Origin: Anaerolineaceae bacterium | GTDB taxonomy: Bacteria; Chloroflexota; Anaerolineae; Anaerolineales; Anaerolineaceae | Length of the DNA stretch: 64,000 bases | Direction of reading: 5' to 3' | Assembly (NCBI GenBank): GCA_050013615.1 | Contig: JBEKEX010000002.1 | Coordinates: 8,661 to 72,660, forward strand | In this document: piece after piece, positions 1 through 9,236 of the stretch | Position numbering within the stretch: the stretch's first letter is position 1 | How the letters are laid out: every line of letters begins with the position of its first letter | Made by a program: the position numbers and the translations under genes | The notes under the pieces: model-generated | Seen by the model: only the letters and a program-made list of their open reading frames with translations | Told to the model about the DNA's origin: nothing | Database searches by the model: none

Positions 1-1870
1 GCCGACGAACGTATTCGCCGGTAAGTTTTCTGCCACGCTGTTATTGTCGAGATCGATGTCAGTCGGCGCTTCATTGACATCATTCACGATGATCGTAAAG
101 GCTTTCTCCGTGTAAAGCCCTCCCGAGTCTGTTGAACGTACCCGAATGGTGTAGCTGTTCCTGGTCTCATAATCGAAGCTAGCCGAGGTGCGCAACGAGT
201 CACTAGAAATGTTGAATGACCCGTTGTCATCACTCCCCGTCCCTGATACCAGCGTATAAGTGAACGTATCGCCCGCATCGGGGTCGGCTGTGCCCAAGCT
301 TCCGATCACGGTGTTTCCCGGTTGGTTTTCATCCACATTGGAATTGGAAAGGCTGATATCGGTAGGGGTCTCATTGACGTCGGTTACAGAGACGGTAAAG
401 ACCTTCTCGGTGTAAAGCCCGCCCTGATCCGTCGAGCGCACCCGAACGGTGTAGCTGTTTTTAGTCTCATAGTCAAAGCTCGCCGAAGTGCGCAGGGAGC
501 TACCCGAAATATTGAATGACCCGTTATCGTCACTGCCTGTACCCGATACCAGTGCATAAGTGAATGTATTGCCCGAATCAGGGTCGATACTGCTCAAGCT
601 CCCCACCGTAGTATTCACTGCCGAGTTCTCTGCTACAGAATTGTTGGACAGGTTAATGTCGGTGGGTGCCTCATTAACATCGGCTATAGAGATGGTAAAG
701 GCTTTCTCAGTGTAAAGTCCACCCTGGTCTGTTGACCGTACGCGGATGGAATAGCTGCTCTTGGTCTCATAGTCGAAGCTGGCCGAGGTCAATAGGGAGC
801 CGCCCGAAATATTGAATGAGCCATTATCATCGCTTCCTGTCCCGGTGACCAACGTATAGGTGAACGTGTTGCCCGTATCCGGGTCTGTAGTACTAAAGCT
901 ACCCACCGTGGTATTGGCAGGTCGATTCTCTGTCACGCTGGAATTCGAAAGACTGATATTGGTGGGAGTCTCGTTGACGTCAGTTACCATGATCGTGAAC
1001 ACTTTTTCGTAATACAACCCGCCCTGATCGGTTGACCGTATGCGGATACTGTAACTGCTCTTGGTCTCATAATCGAAACTAGCCGAAGTCCGCAGTGAGC
1101 CGCCCGAAATGTTGAAAGAGGCATTGTCCGTGCTGCCAGTCCCAATGACCAAAGTATAGGTGAAGGTATTGCCCGAATCGGGATCCGTTGTCGTTAAGGC
1201 ACCTACCGTCGTACCGCTTGGCTGATTCTCTGCTACGCTGGAATTGGAGAGGTTGATATCCGTGGGCGTCTCATTGACATTGGTCACTGTGACCGTAAGC
1301 GCTTTTTCGAAATACAACCCACCGCTATCCGTCGACCGCACCCGGACGCTATAGCTGTTCTTGGTTTCGTAATCGAAACTGGTCGACGTGCGCAATGAGC
1401 TGCCGGAAATATTGAAAGAGGCGTTATCCGTGCTGCCGGTCCCCGAGACCAGCGTATACGTGAAGGTGTCCCCCGCGTCCGGATCGGTTGTCGTGAGCGC
1501 GCCGACCGTCGTATTGGCAGGTTGGTTCTCGGCCACGCTGCTGGGACTCAACGAAATATCGGTGGGCGCCCGGTTGGTGCTCGACGCCGTGATCGTGAAG
1601 GCTTTCTCATAATACAGCCCGCCCTGGTCTGTCGAGCGCACCCTGACGGTATAACTGCCTGCTGCTAAGACTGCATTGGTCAGTAATTGGTTACTGGAGA
1701 TTTGGAAACTGCCATTGTTCGTGCTGCCCGGCCCGCTTACCAGGGTGTAGGTGAACGTATTACCCACATCGGGGTCAGACGTCGAGAGTGTACCTACGGT
1801 GGTCCCTGAAGGCTGACCGGCAGCGATTGTGCTGGAACTTAAAGAAATATCATTCGGCGCAGAATTCCCG
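1..1870. repeat. Tandem coding repeat with an exact 300-bp period, 6 full copies plus a partial one. It encodes the cadherin-type units.
   Basis: The motif (c/t)tc(a/g)tt(g/a)ac(a/g)t...gt(a/g)aa(g/c)(g/a)c(t/c)tt(c/t)tc recurs at about 71, 370, 670, 970, 1270 and 1570. That is every 300 nt, with clearly diverged but alignable copies. Confidence 0.85.
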
Positions 1871-2856
1871 GGCTGCGTCTGGAATTGCCAGGACTCTGAC
1901 CAGGAATCACCCGCCGAATTGTGTGCCACTACCGCCCAATAATAGGTCCCCGAAGACAAACTGGTTGTATAAGAAGTGCCGGTTATTCCCGACACATCGA
2001 CTGTGGGGCTGTTAAGGTTGGAGTTAACCGAAACGATCAAGCGATACGATGTCGCATTGGAAGCAGCATTCCATTGGAACGTCGGAGAAGTACCCACGCC
2101 AGCCGCACCATCTGATGGGGCCACCAAAGTAGGAATGGCTGGTGGCGGCGTACCAATATACAAATAGACACCTTCATAACTCGCCAGGGCATTGTAACTA
2201 TAATTGCTGCCGCCCCAGGTCCATAGAATGGACTGTCCTTCTGTCAATGAAGAGGTATCATACGAATATTGCGTACCCACTGTGCCGGTGGAATTTTCCA
2301 CGCCAATGGTGGCGGAGTTACCGAATGAACGCGGATCGGTGAGCAATTGTCGATATTGCGTCCGGATGGCATTACTACCTTCATATAAGATGGCCTGAAA
2401 GGTCCCCATCGGCAAGCTACTGTTAAAGTATCCATAGTTCGTCCACTGCACGATCAATTCACGGTTGGGTGCAGTGCCAATGGTCAAGTATAAGATCGGT
2501 TGAGTGGTTACATTGTAAGACTCTAAATCGTCCCAAAATGGATAAATGCAGTTGTTCGGCGTGGCGGTGGTTGGAATGGGATTTTCAGTCCACTGGTTGG
2601 TCGCCTGTCCATTGAAACATAACAGGCCGTTGGTGGTAACCTGAAATTGGGAATAGGTATTCCCATAATAAGTGAAGTTGAAACCGATGTTGAAATTCCC
2701 GCTGACGTTATCATCGCCGGTCAGGTTCGTGTTGTAAGCTGCATACTGAGTTTCAGGTGGCAACGCCTGGACATTGGATACGGGCACTGCAACTAGAATA
2801 ATGGATAATACAAAAAGAGATGAAATGAAGATCCGAATACCCCGCCCAGTTACAAT
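1..2856 (-). CDS. Large secreted surface protein, 5' part of the gene (C-terminus lies beyond the window edge). It has a signal peptide, an N-terminal globular domain, an FN3-like module and at least 7 cadherin-type repeats.
   Basis: Hand translation of the minus strand is open from 2916 down to base 1. It is absent from the ORF track because there is no stop inside the window and no canonical start. The N-terminus ..GRGIRIFISSLFVLSIILVAVPVSNVQA is signal-peptide-like. The rest consists of 100-aa units such as ENQPANTTVGALTTTDPDAGDTFTYTLVSGTGSTDNASFNISGSSLRTSTSFDYETKNSYSVRVRSTDSGGLYFEKALTVTVTNVNETPTDI, which matches the cadherin-repeat signature. The start codon is uncertain. Confidence 0.8.
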   Translation of the reverse strand, partial: MVTGRGIRIFISSLFVLSIILVAVPVSNVQALPPETQYAAYNTNLTGDDNVSGNFNIGFNFTYYGNTYSQFQVTTNGLLCFNGQATNQWTENPIPTTATPNNCIYPFWDDLESYNVTTQPILYLTIGTAPNRELIVQWTNYGYFNSSLPMGTFQAILYEGSNAIRTQYRQLLTDPRSFGNSATIGVENSTGTVGTQYSYDTSSLTEGQSILWTWGGSNYSYNALASYEGVYLYIGTPPPAIPTLVAPSDGAAGVGTSPTFQWNAASNATSYRLIVSVNSNLNSPTVDVSGITGTSYTTSLSSGTYYWAVVAHNSAGDSWSESWQFQTQPGNSAPNDISLSSSTIAAGQPSGTTVGTLSTSDPDVGNTFTYTLVSGPGSTNNGSFQISSNQLLTNAVLAAGSYTVRVRSTDQGGLYYEKAFTITASSTNRAPTDISLSPSSVAENQPANTTVGALTTTDPDAGDTFTYTLVSGTGSTDNASFNISGSSLRTSTSFDYETKNSYSVRVRSTDSGGLYFEKALTVTVTNVNETPTDINLSNSSVAENQPSGTTVGALTTTDPDSGNTFTYTLVIGTGSTDNASFNISGGSLRTSASFDYETKSSYSIRIRSTDQGGLYYEKVFTIMVTDVNETPTNISLSNSSVTENRPANTTVGSFSTTDPDTGNTFTYTLVTGTGSDDNGSFNISGGSLLTSASFDYETKSSYSIRVRSTDQGGLYTEKAFTISIADVNEAPTDINLSNNSVAENSAVNTTVGSLSSIDPDSGNTFTYALVSGTGSDDNGSFNISGSSLRTSASFDYETKNSYTVRVRSTDQGGLYTEKVFTVSVTDVNETPTDISLSNSNVDENQPGNTVIGSLGTADPDAGDTFTYTLVSGTGSDDNGSFNISSDSLRTSASFDYETRNSYTIRVRSTDSGGLYTEKAFTIIVNDVNEAPTDIDLDNNSVAENLPANTFVG

Positions 2857-3067
2857 GCAACCTACATGCCAGCTTTTCCAAAGCTGAGAGTCTATTATAT
2901 TTTTAAATAAATCTAATCATAAACTATTGTGATATTTGCCCATAAACACTGTATCGATGTAACTATTTTTAAACCCCAGATCAAAGACTTCATCTATAAC
3001 TGGCATACAACTTGCTAGGATTAACTTACTCGTTTTGCAAACTCTGAAGGGCATCACAGAAGGCACG

Positions 3068-4711
3068 ATGAAGAACCTCATCTTTCGCTTGTTCGTGACG
3101 GTTGGCATATTGGTGGTTGCGGCTGTCTTGATTCTTAGGGCCACGCCCCTGGACGGGCGCCTGGACGGCTTTGGCGTTAACCTCCCCACCCGGCCGCAGC
3201 CCAGCTTGTACCCGGCGGCATTGGACGAGCTTTCGAAATTGAACGTACGCTGGGTGCGGGTCGAGTTTCCCTGGGACGAGATCGAACCATCTCCCAACGC
3301 CTATCAATGGACTTTTACAACGGATTCGACCTTCCGCGACCTGGATGCGTTGGTCAGCCAGGCGCAACAGCGCAGTCTTAACATGGTCGCAGTGCTGGAT
3401 GGCGGCCCGGTCTATTTGTCCCACCAAATGCCCAACTCGCCGGTCAACTCCGACGACCTGCTGACCCGCTGGCGCTTGTACGTGCAGGCCGTGGTGCAGC
3501 GTTATGGCAGCCAGATCCATGTCTGGCAGATCGGCAATGACGTTAATACGTATCAAGGTTGGGGCAGTGTGGTCTTCCCAACAGCTTCCGACGCTTCGGC
3601 CACTCCTGATCCAACTCTTTATGCCAAGCTACTCCAGGCAGCCTATGAGATCATCAAAGCCGCCAACCCCGGCGACACGGTCGTTTTGAGCGGCCTCTCG
3701 TTCACCGGCAACGGCGATTGCATCACCAGCCCTTATGCCTACCTGGGCCAACTCGACGCCGCCGGCGCTTGGGACAATTTCGACGTGGCAGCCATGAACC
3801 TGTGGTGGGGGTCTGGCTCCCCTGAACAGATCACCAACCGCGGCTCGGCTTTCAATCCACAGACCGGAGCCTGTTTGCAGGGACAATCGATGCAGACCGA
3901 TCTCATCAACGAAGTGCGCTCTTTCAAGCAATTGATCCTGCAGTTTGGGGATAAGCCGTTGTGGGTCACGGCCACGGGTTGGCAGCAAAGTGACCTGCAA
4001 GCCCAGGCAACCCAAGCTGGCATCGACGTTGGCGTGGCCGAAGCTAATGACGTAATTCGCACGCTCGTGCCGATCCTTTCGGAACCGGGGGTGCAAAAGG
4101 TGTTCTGGCAAAGCCTGCCGGACATCCCGCAAAACCCGGGATATCCAACAACGGCCGCGGGACAGCAAGCGCTTTCCAACCTGGGTTCCCTGCTGACCGG
4201 CAGCCAACCACTCGGCCAACGCCAGGGGCAGCAGGCAGGCAGCGCTGTCTATGAATACCGCTTCCAAAAGGACGGCCGCTTGATCTCTTTCATCTGGCGG
4301 TCGACCGGCGGTGTAGCTGCCCAGCCCGTCATTGTGACCAGCCTGAATGATGAATCTGTCACCACCTATCCGGCAAGCGCAGCCGGTCTGAGCGGCAGCA
4401 CCGGCACTTCGCAATCCCCCGCCAGTGACGGGACACTGGCGCTCAATGTCAACGAAGACCCGATCGTTTTGGTGGCGCAATCTCCCGACCTGATCCAACG
4501 CGGCGAGGCAGCGGTCGAAGACCGCATTGCTGCCTGGCGCGACGGCCTGACCGCCATGGGCAACCATTGGCTGGACGAATTGCGCATCTCTGCCACCAAT
4601 GCCGTCAGTGCCTGGCTGCGCAACCTGGGGCAGCAGATCGTCGAATCGGTGGTCAACCAATTCTCACAATGGTTCAACAAAGCACTGGGGCAGATCGGCA
4701 CCTCCAAATGA
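3068..4711 (+). CDS. Membrane-anchored putative glycoside hydrolase (TIM-barrel, clan GH-A-like)
   Basis: There is an N-terminal TM helix (LIFRLFVTVGILVVAAVLIL). VRWVRVEFPWDEIEP and HVWQIGNDVN resemble the beta-strand motifs of GH5/GH39-like barrels. I prefer the ATG at 3068 over the track start at 3035. Confidence 0.45.
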   Translation: MKNLIFRLFVTVGILVVAAVLILRATPLDGRLDGFGVNLPTRPQPSLYPAALDELSKLNVRWVRVEFPWDEIEPSPNAYQWTFTTDSTFRDLDALVSQAQQRSLNMVAVLDGGPVYLSHQMPNSPVNSDDLLTRWRLYVQAVVQRYGSQIHVWQIGNDVNTYQGWGSVVFPTASDASATPDPTLYAKLLQAAYEIIKAANPGDTVVLSGLSFTGNGDCITSPYAYLGQLDAAGAWDNFDVAAMNLWWGSGSPEQITNRGSAFNPQTGACLQGQSMQTDLINEVRSFKQLILQFGDKPLWVTATGWQQSDLQAQATQAGIDVGVAEANDVIRTLVPILSEPGVQKVFWQSLPDIPQNPGYPTTAAGQQALSNLGSLLTGSQPLGQRQGQQAGSAVYEYRFQKDGRLISFIWRSTGGVAAQPVIVTSLNDESVTTYPASAAGLSGSTGTSQSPASDGTLALNVNEDPIVLVAQSPDLIQRGEAAVEDRIAAWRDGLTAMGNHWLDELRISATNAVSAWLRNLGQQIVESVVNQFSQWFNKALGQIGTSK

Positions 4712-4809
4712 ACGAGCGCTTCGAAATTCGTACCTTCTTTGAGGTAAAATCTTTTTAGCCAATTAATCTATCTGTATTGGTCTATTATGGGTGTAAAAAG
4801 GTGAATCCC

Positions 4810-5925
4810 ATGAAACTCAACCGCTACTTACCTGCCATTATCATTGCTGCCGTGGTGATCGTCACGGCCGTCATGTTCACCGTGGTGGCGCTTGCCGGTC
4901 ATCACCCCACCGTCGCCCCCACTGAAACGGCTGTGCTAGGCACACCAACAGCCGGCTCCACTGCAACGCCGCTCGCCACTGCGACCAACACCCCCGCCCC
5001 CACACCGCAAGCCATCGGCCCAACGAACGCGGCAGCGATCAAGCAGGTTGCCCAGCTCGCCCTCACCAACAGCGGGCGCATCATCTGGGCGCTGGACGGC
5101 AAGACGTTCACCGTGACCACGACCGACGGCTACGTGCAATACGACGCCCGCTCCCTGCAGGTGCTGCACACGGTGCAGTTTCAGTCGCCGGTTCAATTGC
5201 TGGATGTCTCGCCGGATGGCAGCACCATCGCCATCTCGCCCGATATGGTCAACGTGGAACTGCGCGACATCACTGGCACCCAGGTAAAACTGGACATCAA
5301 GCCGGGTTACAGCCAAAACTACGGTGCCAGCTTCTCACCGGATGGGAAGACCCTGCTCACGCCCGCCTTCGATACCTGGCAGTCGGACCTTTGGAACGTG
5401 GTGACCGGGCAAAAAATCAATTCCTTGACCGGCTTCACCACCAATTCCTCGAATTACACTGCCCGCATCCTTAATAACAAGTTGATCGTGTGGACTGCGG
5501 ATGCCACCGCACAGCTCCAGGAGATCAACAGCAGTCTGATGGGGCCAAGCTTCATCCACGAGGATGCCATCAAAGACGTGGCACTCTCACCGGATGGGAA
5601 GATCCTGGCTACCACTGCTGCCGGTTCCCTCAACGGCCAACTGGTTCCACTCGTCTATTTGTGGGATGCCAAGAGCGGAAATAACATTGCCAAACTACCG
5701 CCGACCACCAGCTCCGGCCAGATCGCTTTTTCGCCGGATGGCAGCCTGTTGGCGGCCGCCGACGGGAAAACAATCGACATCTGGAATATCAGCACAAAGC
5801 AACTGGCCGCCCAATTAACAGGGTCAACCGATTCCGTGTATGATGTCGCTTTTTCACCCGATGGCAGCACGCTCGTCTCGACCGGTTACGACAACATGGT
5901 ACGCGTCTGGCAATTAGCACCATGA
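4810..5925 (+). CDS. Membrane-anchored WD40/beta-propeller repeat protein
   Basis: It has a TM helix (LPAIIIAAVVIVTAVMFTVVALA) and a T/P/A-rich linker. The repeats are FSPDGKTL, LSPDGKILAT, FSPDGSLLAAADGKTIDIWN and VAFSPDGSTLVSTGYDNMVRVWQL. The ATG at 4810 follows aaaaaggtga. Confidence 0.7.
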   Translation: MKLNRYLPAIIIAAVVIVTAVMFTVVALAGHHPTVAPTETAVLGTPTAGSTATPLATATNTPAPTPQAIGPTNAAAIKQVAQLALTNSGRIIWALDGKTFTVTTTDGYVQYDARSLQVLHTVQFQSPVQLLDVSPDGSTIAISPDMVNVELRDITGTQVKLDIKPGYSQNYGASFSPDGKTLLTPAFDTWQSDLWNVVTGQKINSLTGFTTNSSNYTARILNNKLIVWTADATAQLQEINSSLMGPSFIHEDAIKDVALSPDGKILATTAAGSLNGQLVPLVYLWDAKSGNNIAKLPPTTSSGQIAFSPDGSLLAAADGKTIDIWNISTKQLAAQLTGSTDSVYDVAFSPDGSTLVSTGYDNMVRVWQLAP

Positions 5926-6238
5926 TTTGATCATACTCAAGCCGATCAGCAGGAATCGGCGCTCCAAGAAACAGAGCTTTTTCCTGCCATTAATCAAACA
6001 ATTTACATTCACCCTCCCTGGGTTTCCTTTGAAATTATTTCAGGAAAAATCCAGGGAGGGATGATTTTAATCTCCGTTCCACCCATTTTAGTCAGGCTCA
6101 TGACAGTACAAAACCAGCGCCAGGGCTTGCAGTGCGTGCTATACTGGGGAAAACGATAGCTGGATATGTAAGGTAATTTATATCCTATTAGAAAACTCGA
6201 TAGCTCATTATTGGTGTTATTAACCACAGGAGAGGTAT

Positions 6239-7612
6239 ATGAAAAATACAATGTCAACATCCGTTGAGCAGGTCGTCGAGCCAGCTGTCGAACAGGCCAC
6301 AGCACTGTTGGAACGCATTTTCCCCCAACCGCGTGATTTCAGCATCCGCTTGTGGGACCAAACCGAGCTGCCGGCTCAAGCCAAACCGATCTTCACGCTG
6401 ATATTGACCCACCCGGGGGCGTTGCGCCGCATGTTCACCCCACCCCTCGAACTGAGCTTCGGGGAAGCATATATCTACGGCGACATCGACGTGGAAGGCG
6501 ATATTTTTGCCATGTTCGATCTGGCAATGATGCTTGGCAACCGGCATTTCTCCGCCACCGAAGTGGCAAACTTATTGCGAGAGATCCAGCGCCTGCCCAA
6601 TACCGGCCCGCGGCGCACAATCACACGCCGCCCCATCGAGCTGCACGGAGAAGTGCATTCCCGCCAGCGCGATCAGGCAGCCGTCCGCTTCCACTATGAC
6701 GTGGGCAACGAATTCTATTCTCTGTGGCTGGACCACAACATGCAATATTCCTGTGCCTATTTCCCGGAAGGCACGGAAAGCCTGGATGTTGCCCAAGAGA
6801 AAAAGATGCGACACATCTATCGCAAGCTTCGGCTGAAGCCCGGTGAGTGCCTGCTCGACATCGGCTGCGGTTGGGGCGGCCTGGCGATCAATGCCGCGCA
6901 GCAATACGGTGTGGAGGTGTTGGGGGTGACGTTGAGCGAGAAGCAAGCCAATTATGCACAAGCCTGGATCAAGAAGCTTGGACTGGAAGACCGCGTCCAT
7001 GTGGAAATGCGCGACTACCGCGACCTGGAGAATGCCTCCTTTGATAAGGTCGTCAGCGTCGGCATGTTCGAGCACGTCGGCCGCACCCACTTGCCCGAAT
7101 ATTTCACCCAAGTCTCACGGTTGCTCAAGCCGGGCGGATTGTTCCTCAACCATGGCATTGCCCGCAGCGGTCAACCCGACGATCTTGGCCTTCTGAAAGG
7201 GCTTGGCGGTCATCCTTCTGCGCTTGCCGCGGGCCAGGATTATTTCGAACGCAAAGTGTTGGGCAGCGGATCGTTCTCACAGCACTACATCTTCCCGGAT
7301 GGCGAATTGGAGCCGGTTAGCGAAGTCAATCTGATCGCCGAAGCGGCCGGTTTCGAGGTGCGTGATGTGGAGAACCTCCGCGAGCATTATGCGCTGACCC
7401 TGCACCAGTGGGTGCGCCGTCTGGACGAACATCACGCCGAGGCCGCCAAACTGGTCGACGAAACGGTCTATCGCACCTGGCGGTTGTACATGAGCTTTAG
7501 TGCCCGTCAGTTCGAAACAGTGCAGATATGCATCAATCAATCGCTGTTGGCCAAGCCGCGCACCGGCGGCAAGGTGGACTTGCCGATGAGCCGGGCGGAT
7601 CTTTACCAATAA
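6239..7612 (+). CDS. cfa: Cyclopropane-fatty-acyl-phospholipid synthase family SAM-dependent methyltransferase
   Basis: It contains HYDVGNEFYSLWLDHNMQYSCAYF and the SAM motif LLDIGCGWGGLAINAAQQYGVEVLGVTLS. The RBS aggagaggt precedes the ATG. At 457 aa it has an N-terminal extension relative to typical Cfa. Confidence 0.8.
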   Translation: MKNTMSTSVEQVVEPAVEQATALLERIFPQPRDFSIRLWDQTELPAQAKPIFTLILTHPGALRRMFTPPLELSFGEAYIYGDIDVEGDIFAMFDLAMMLGNRHFSATEVANLLREIQRLPNTGPRRTITRRPIELHGEVHSRQRDQAAVRFHYDVGNEFYSLWLDHNMQYSCAYFPEGTESLDVAQEKKMRHIYRKLRLKPGECLLDIGCGWGGLAINAAQQYGVEVLGVTLSEKQANYAQAWIKKLGLEDRVHVEMRDYRDLENASFDKVVSVGMFEHVGRTHLPEYFTQVSRLLKPGGLFLNHGIARSGQPDDLGLLKGLGGHPSALAAGQDYFERKVLGSGSFSQHYIFPDGELEPVSEVNLIAEAAGFEVRDVENLREHYALTLHQWVRRLDEHHAEAAKLVDETVYRTWRLYMSFSARQFETVQICINQSLLAKPRTGGKVDLPMSRADLYQ

Positions 7613-7654
7613 AAATACTCTGAATGTGAACCCGATCAACCTTCAAACCCTCGT

Positions 7655-7696
7655 CATCCATCAAGGGACATGATTTCTTGATGGATGGTTGTTTTT
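7655..7696 (+). terminator. Intrinsic terminator after the cfa-like gene
   Basis: A 10-bp stem (catccatcaa / ttgatggatg) is followed by gttgttttt. Confidence 0.55.
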
Positions 7697-7861
7697 GCCC
7701 TAATATAGCCCAAATTGCTTGCATTTCCCCAAGGAAATTCGTTCCGGTGCCACAGGACGGTTGTCACTATCTGTTTTTTGCCAAAGTGCATCATAATCAT
7801 TAATGTTCCGTAATATTCCTGTAATTGCCTAAATTCTCAACATTCAACCAAGGAGGAAAGT

Positions 7862-8101
7862 ATGCCCGTCAAGGGTACTATCGTCGTCGACGAACGCCTC
7901 TGCAAGGGCTGCGAGCTATGTGTGGGCGCCTGCCCTCAGCAAGTCATAGCCCTGGCAATGGATCGTCTGACCCCCAAAGGGTATCACCCCGCTTTCTTGA
8001 TCGCTGAAGGCTGCACCGGCTGCGCGGTCTGTGCACTTGTCTGCCCTGAAGCTGCCATCACAGTTTACCGTGAGGGCGCCAGAGTCAAAGCCGCGGTGTA
8101 G
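7862..8101 (+). CDS. 2x[4Fe-4S] ferredoxin, delta subunit of 2-oxoacid:ferredoxin oxidoreductase
   Basis: It has two CxxCxxCxxxCP motifs (CKGCELCVGACP, CTGCAVCALVCP). The RBS is aaggagga. It lies immediately upstream of the alpha subunit. Confidence 0.85.
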   Translation: MPVKGTIVVDERLCKGCELCVGACPQQVIALAMDRLTPKGYHPAFLIAEGCTGCAVCALVCPEAAITVYREGARVKAAV

Positions 8102-8111
8102 GAGGAAAAGC

Positions 8112-9224
8112 ATGGCGAAACAGTTGTGGAAAGGCAATGAAGCAGTAGCTGAAGCAGCGGTGCGCGCCGGGTTGCAAGCCTATTTCGGTTACCCTATCAC
8201 CCCGCAGACTGAAACCTTGGAATATCTCTCCAAACGCATGCCCGAACTGGGGCGTGCCTTTGTCCAGGCTGAAAGTGAGCTGGGCGCCATTAACATGGTG
8301 TATGGTGCGGCTTGCACCGGCGCCCGCGTGATGACCTCCTCTTCCAGCCCCGGCATCAGCTTGATGATGGAAGGACTGTCCTATATCGCCGGTACCGAGA
8401 TTCCCATGGTGATCGTGGACGTGATGCGCGGTGGTCCTGGCTTGGGCAACATCGCCCCCTCCCAGGGCGATTACAACCAGATCGTCCACGGCGGCGGGCA
8501 CGGCGATTATTTTCCCATCGTCCTCGCACCTGCCAGCGTACAGGAATCGGTCGACCTGATGGCCTTAGCCTTCGACCTGGCAGAAAAATATCGTGCCATT
8601 TGCGCCGTGCTCACCGACGGCAGCATCGGTCAAATGATGGAACCGGCTGAATTGCCTCCGATGATGCCGGTGCGCACCACCTACGCCGATTGGGCTGCCA
8701 CCGGCGCAAAAGGGCGCGAGCGGAATATCCTTACCTCCATCCAGTTGGAGCCTCCTCTGGAAGAGGTGGTCAATTTCCGCCTGGCCCGCCGTCAACAGGA
8801 GATCCAGGCCAAGGAAGTGCGCTTCAAAGAGTATTATTTGGAGGACGCCGAATTCGCTGTGGTCGGTTTTGGCTCGGCCGGGCGCGTGGCAATGACCGCC
8901 GTGCGGGCTGCCCGAGCCGAAGGCATCAAGGTTGGCCTGCTGCGCCCGATTACGCTCAGTCCCTTCCCGGTCAAAGAACTGGAAGAGCTGGGCAAGCGCC
9001 TCAAAGGCATGTTAGTGGTTGAAATGAACTCCGGCCAGATGCTGGAAGACGTGCTACTGGCAACCCAATTCCGCCTGCCGGTGGAGTTTTACGGCCGCAT
9101 GGGCGGTATGATGCCGCTGCCGGATGAAGTGCTGGCGGAGATCCACGAATTGGCAAAAGGCCCCAAGAAGCAGGACGGCCATCCGCGCGACCGCTGGCTG
9201 AAACGCATGGAAGCGATTGTCTAG
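8112..9224 (+). CDS. 2-oxoacid (2-oxoglutarate-type):ferredoxin oxidoreductase alpha subunit
   Basis: The N-terminus MAKQLWKGNEAVAEAAVRAG..GYPITPQTE is typical of KorA/PorA-family alpha subunits. The ATG at 8112 is preceded by ggagga. The track start at 8031 would overlap the ferredoxin gene. Confidence 0.85.
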   Translation: MAKQLWKGNEAVAEAAVRAGLQAYFGYPITPQTETLEYLSKRMPELGRAFVQAESELGAINMVYGAACTGARVMTSSSSPGISLMMEGLSYIAGTEIPMVIVDVMRGGPGLGNIAPSQGDYNQIVHGGGHGDYFPIVLAPASVQESVDLMALAFDLAEKYRAICAVLTDGSIGQMMEPAELPPMMPVRTTYADWAATGAKGRERNILTSIQLEPPLEEVVNFRLARRQQEIQAKEVRFKEYYLEDAEFAVVGFGSAGRVAMTAVRAARAEGIKVGLLRPITLSPFPVKELEELGKRLKGMLVVEMNSGQMLEDVLLATQFRLPVEFYGRMGGMMPLPDEVLAEIHELAKGPKKQDGHPRDRWLKRMEAIV

Positions 9225-9236
9225 GAGATGATAGAT

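Noticed and set aside
1-1870. Regular tandem repeats that could be mistaken for a CRISPR or satellite array
   Set aside because: The units are 300 bp, contiguous with no spacers, and in frame. They translate to cadherin-type domains, so this is a coding repeat and not a CRISPR array.
84-2714. About a dozen 60-75-aa ORFs from the track on both strands inside 1-2.9 kb
   Set aside because: They lie within or antisense to the long uninterrupted minus-strand cadherin-repeat frame. They are short, have no RBS or family resemblance, and several repeat with the 300-bp period, so they are shadows of the real gene.
3629-4660. 343-aa ORF antisense to the glycosidase-like gene, plus similar long antisense ORFs at 3026-3556, 6572-7111, 9054-9650, 53768-54472, 60991-61758, 62310-63296 and 62717-63769
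   Set aside because: These are typical stop-poor antisense frames of GC-rich coding DNA. Their products are Arg/Gly/Ala/His-rich with no recognisable motifs, while the opposite strand encodes clearly recognisable proteins such as PyrH, S2 and MFS.
8031-8111. Upstream extensions of track ORFs: the alpha subunit from 8031, the gamma subunit from 9935, PheS from 60043, and the SBPs from 17803 and 18034
   Set aside because: The extensions overlap upstream genes or the T-box leader and lack an RBS. Internal ATGs with good Shine-Dalgarno sequences give N-termini typical of the families.
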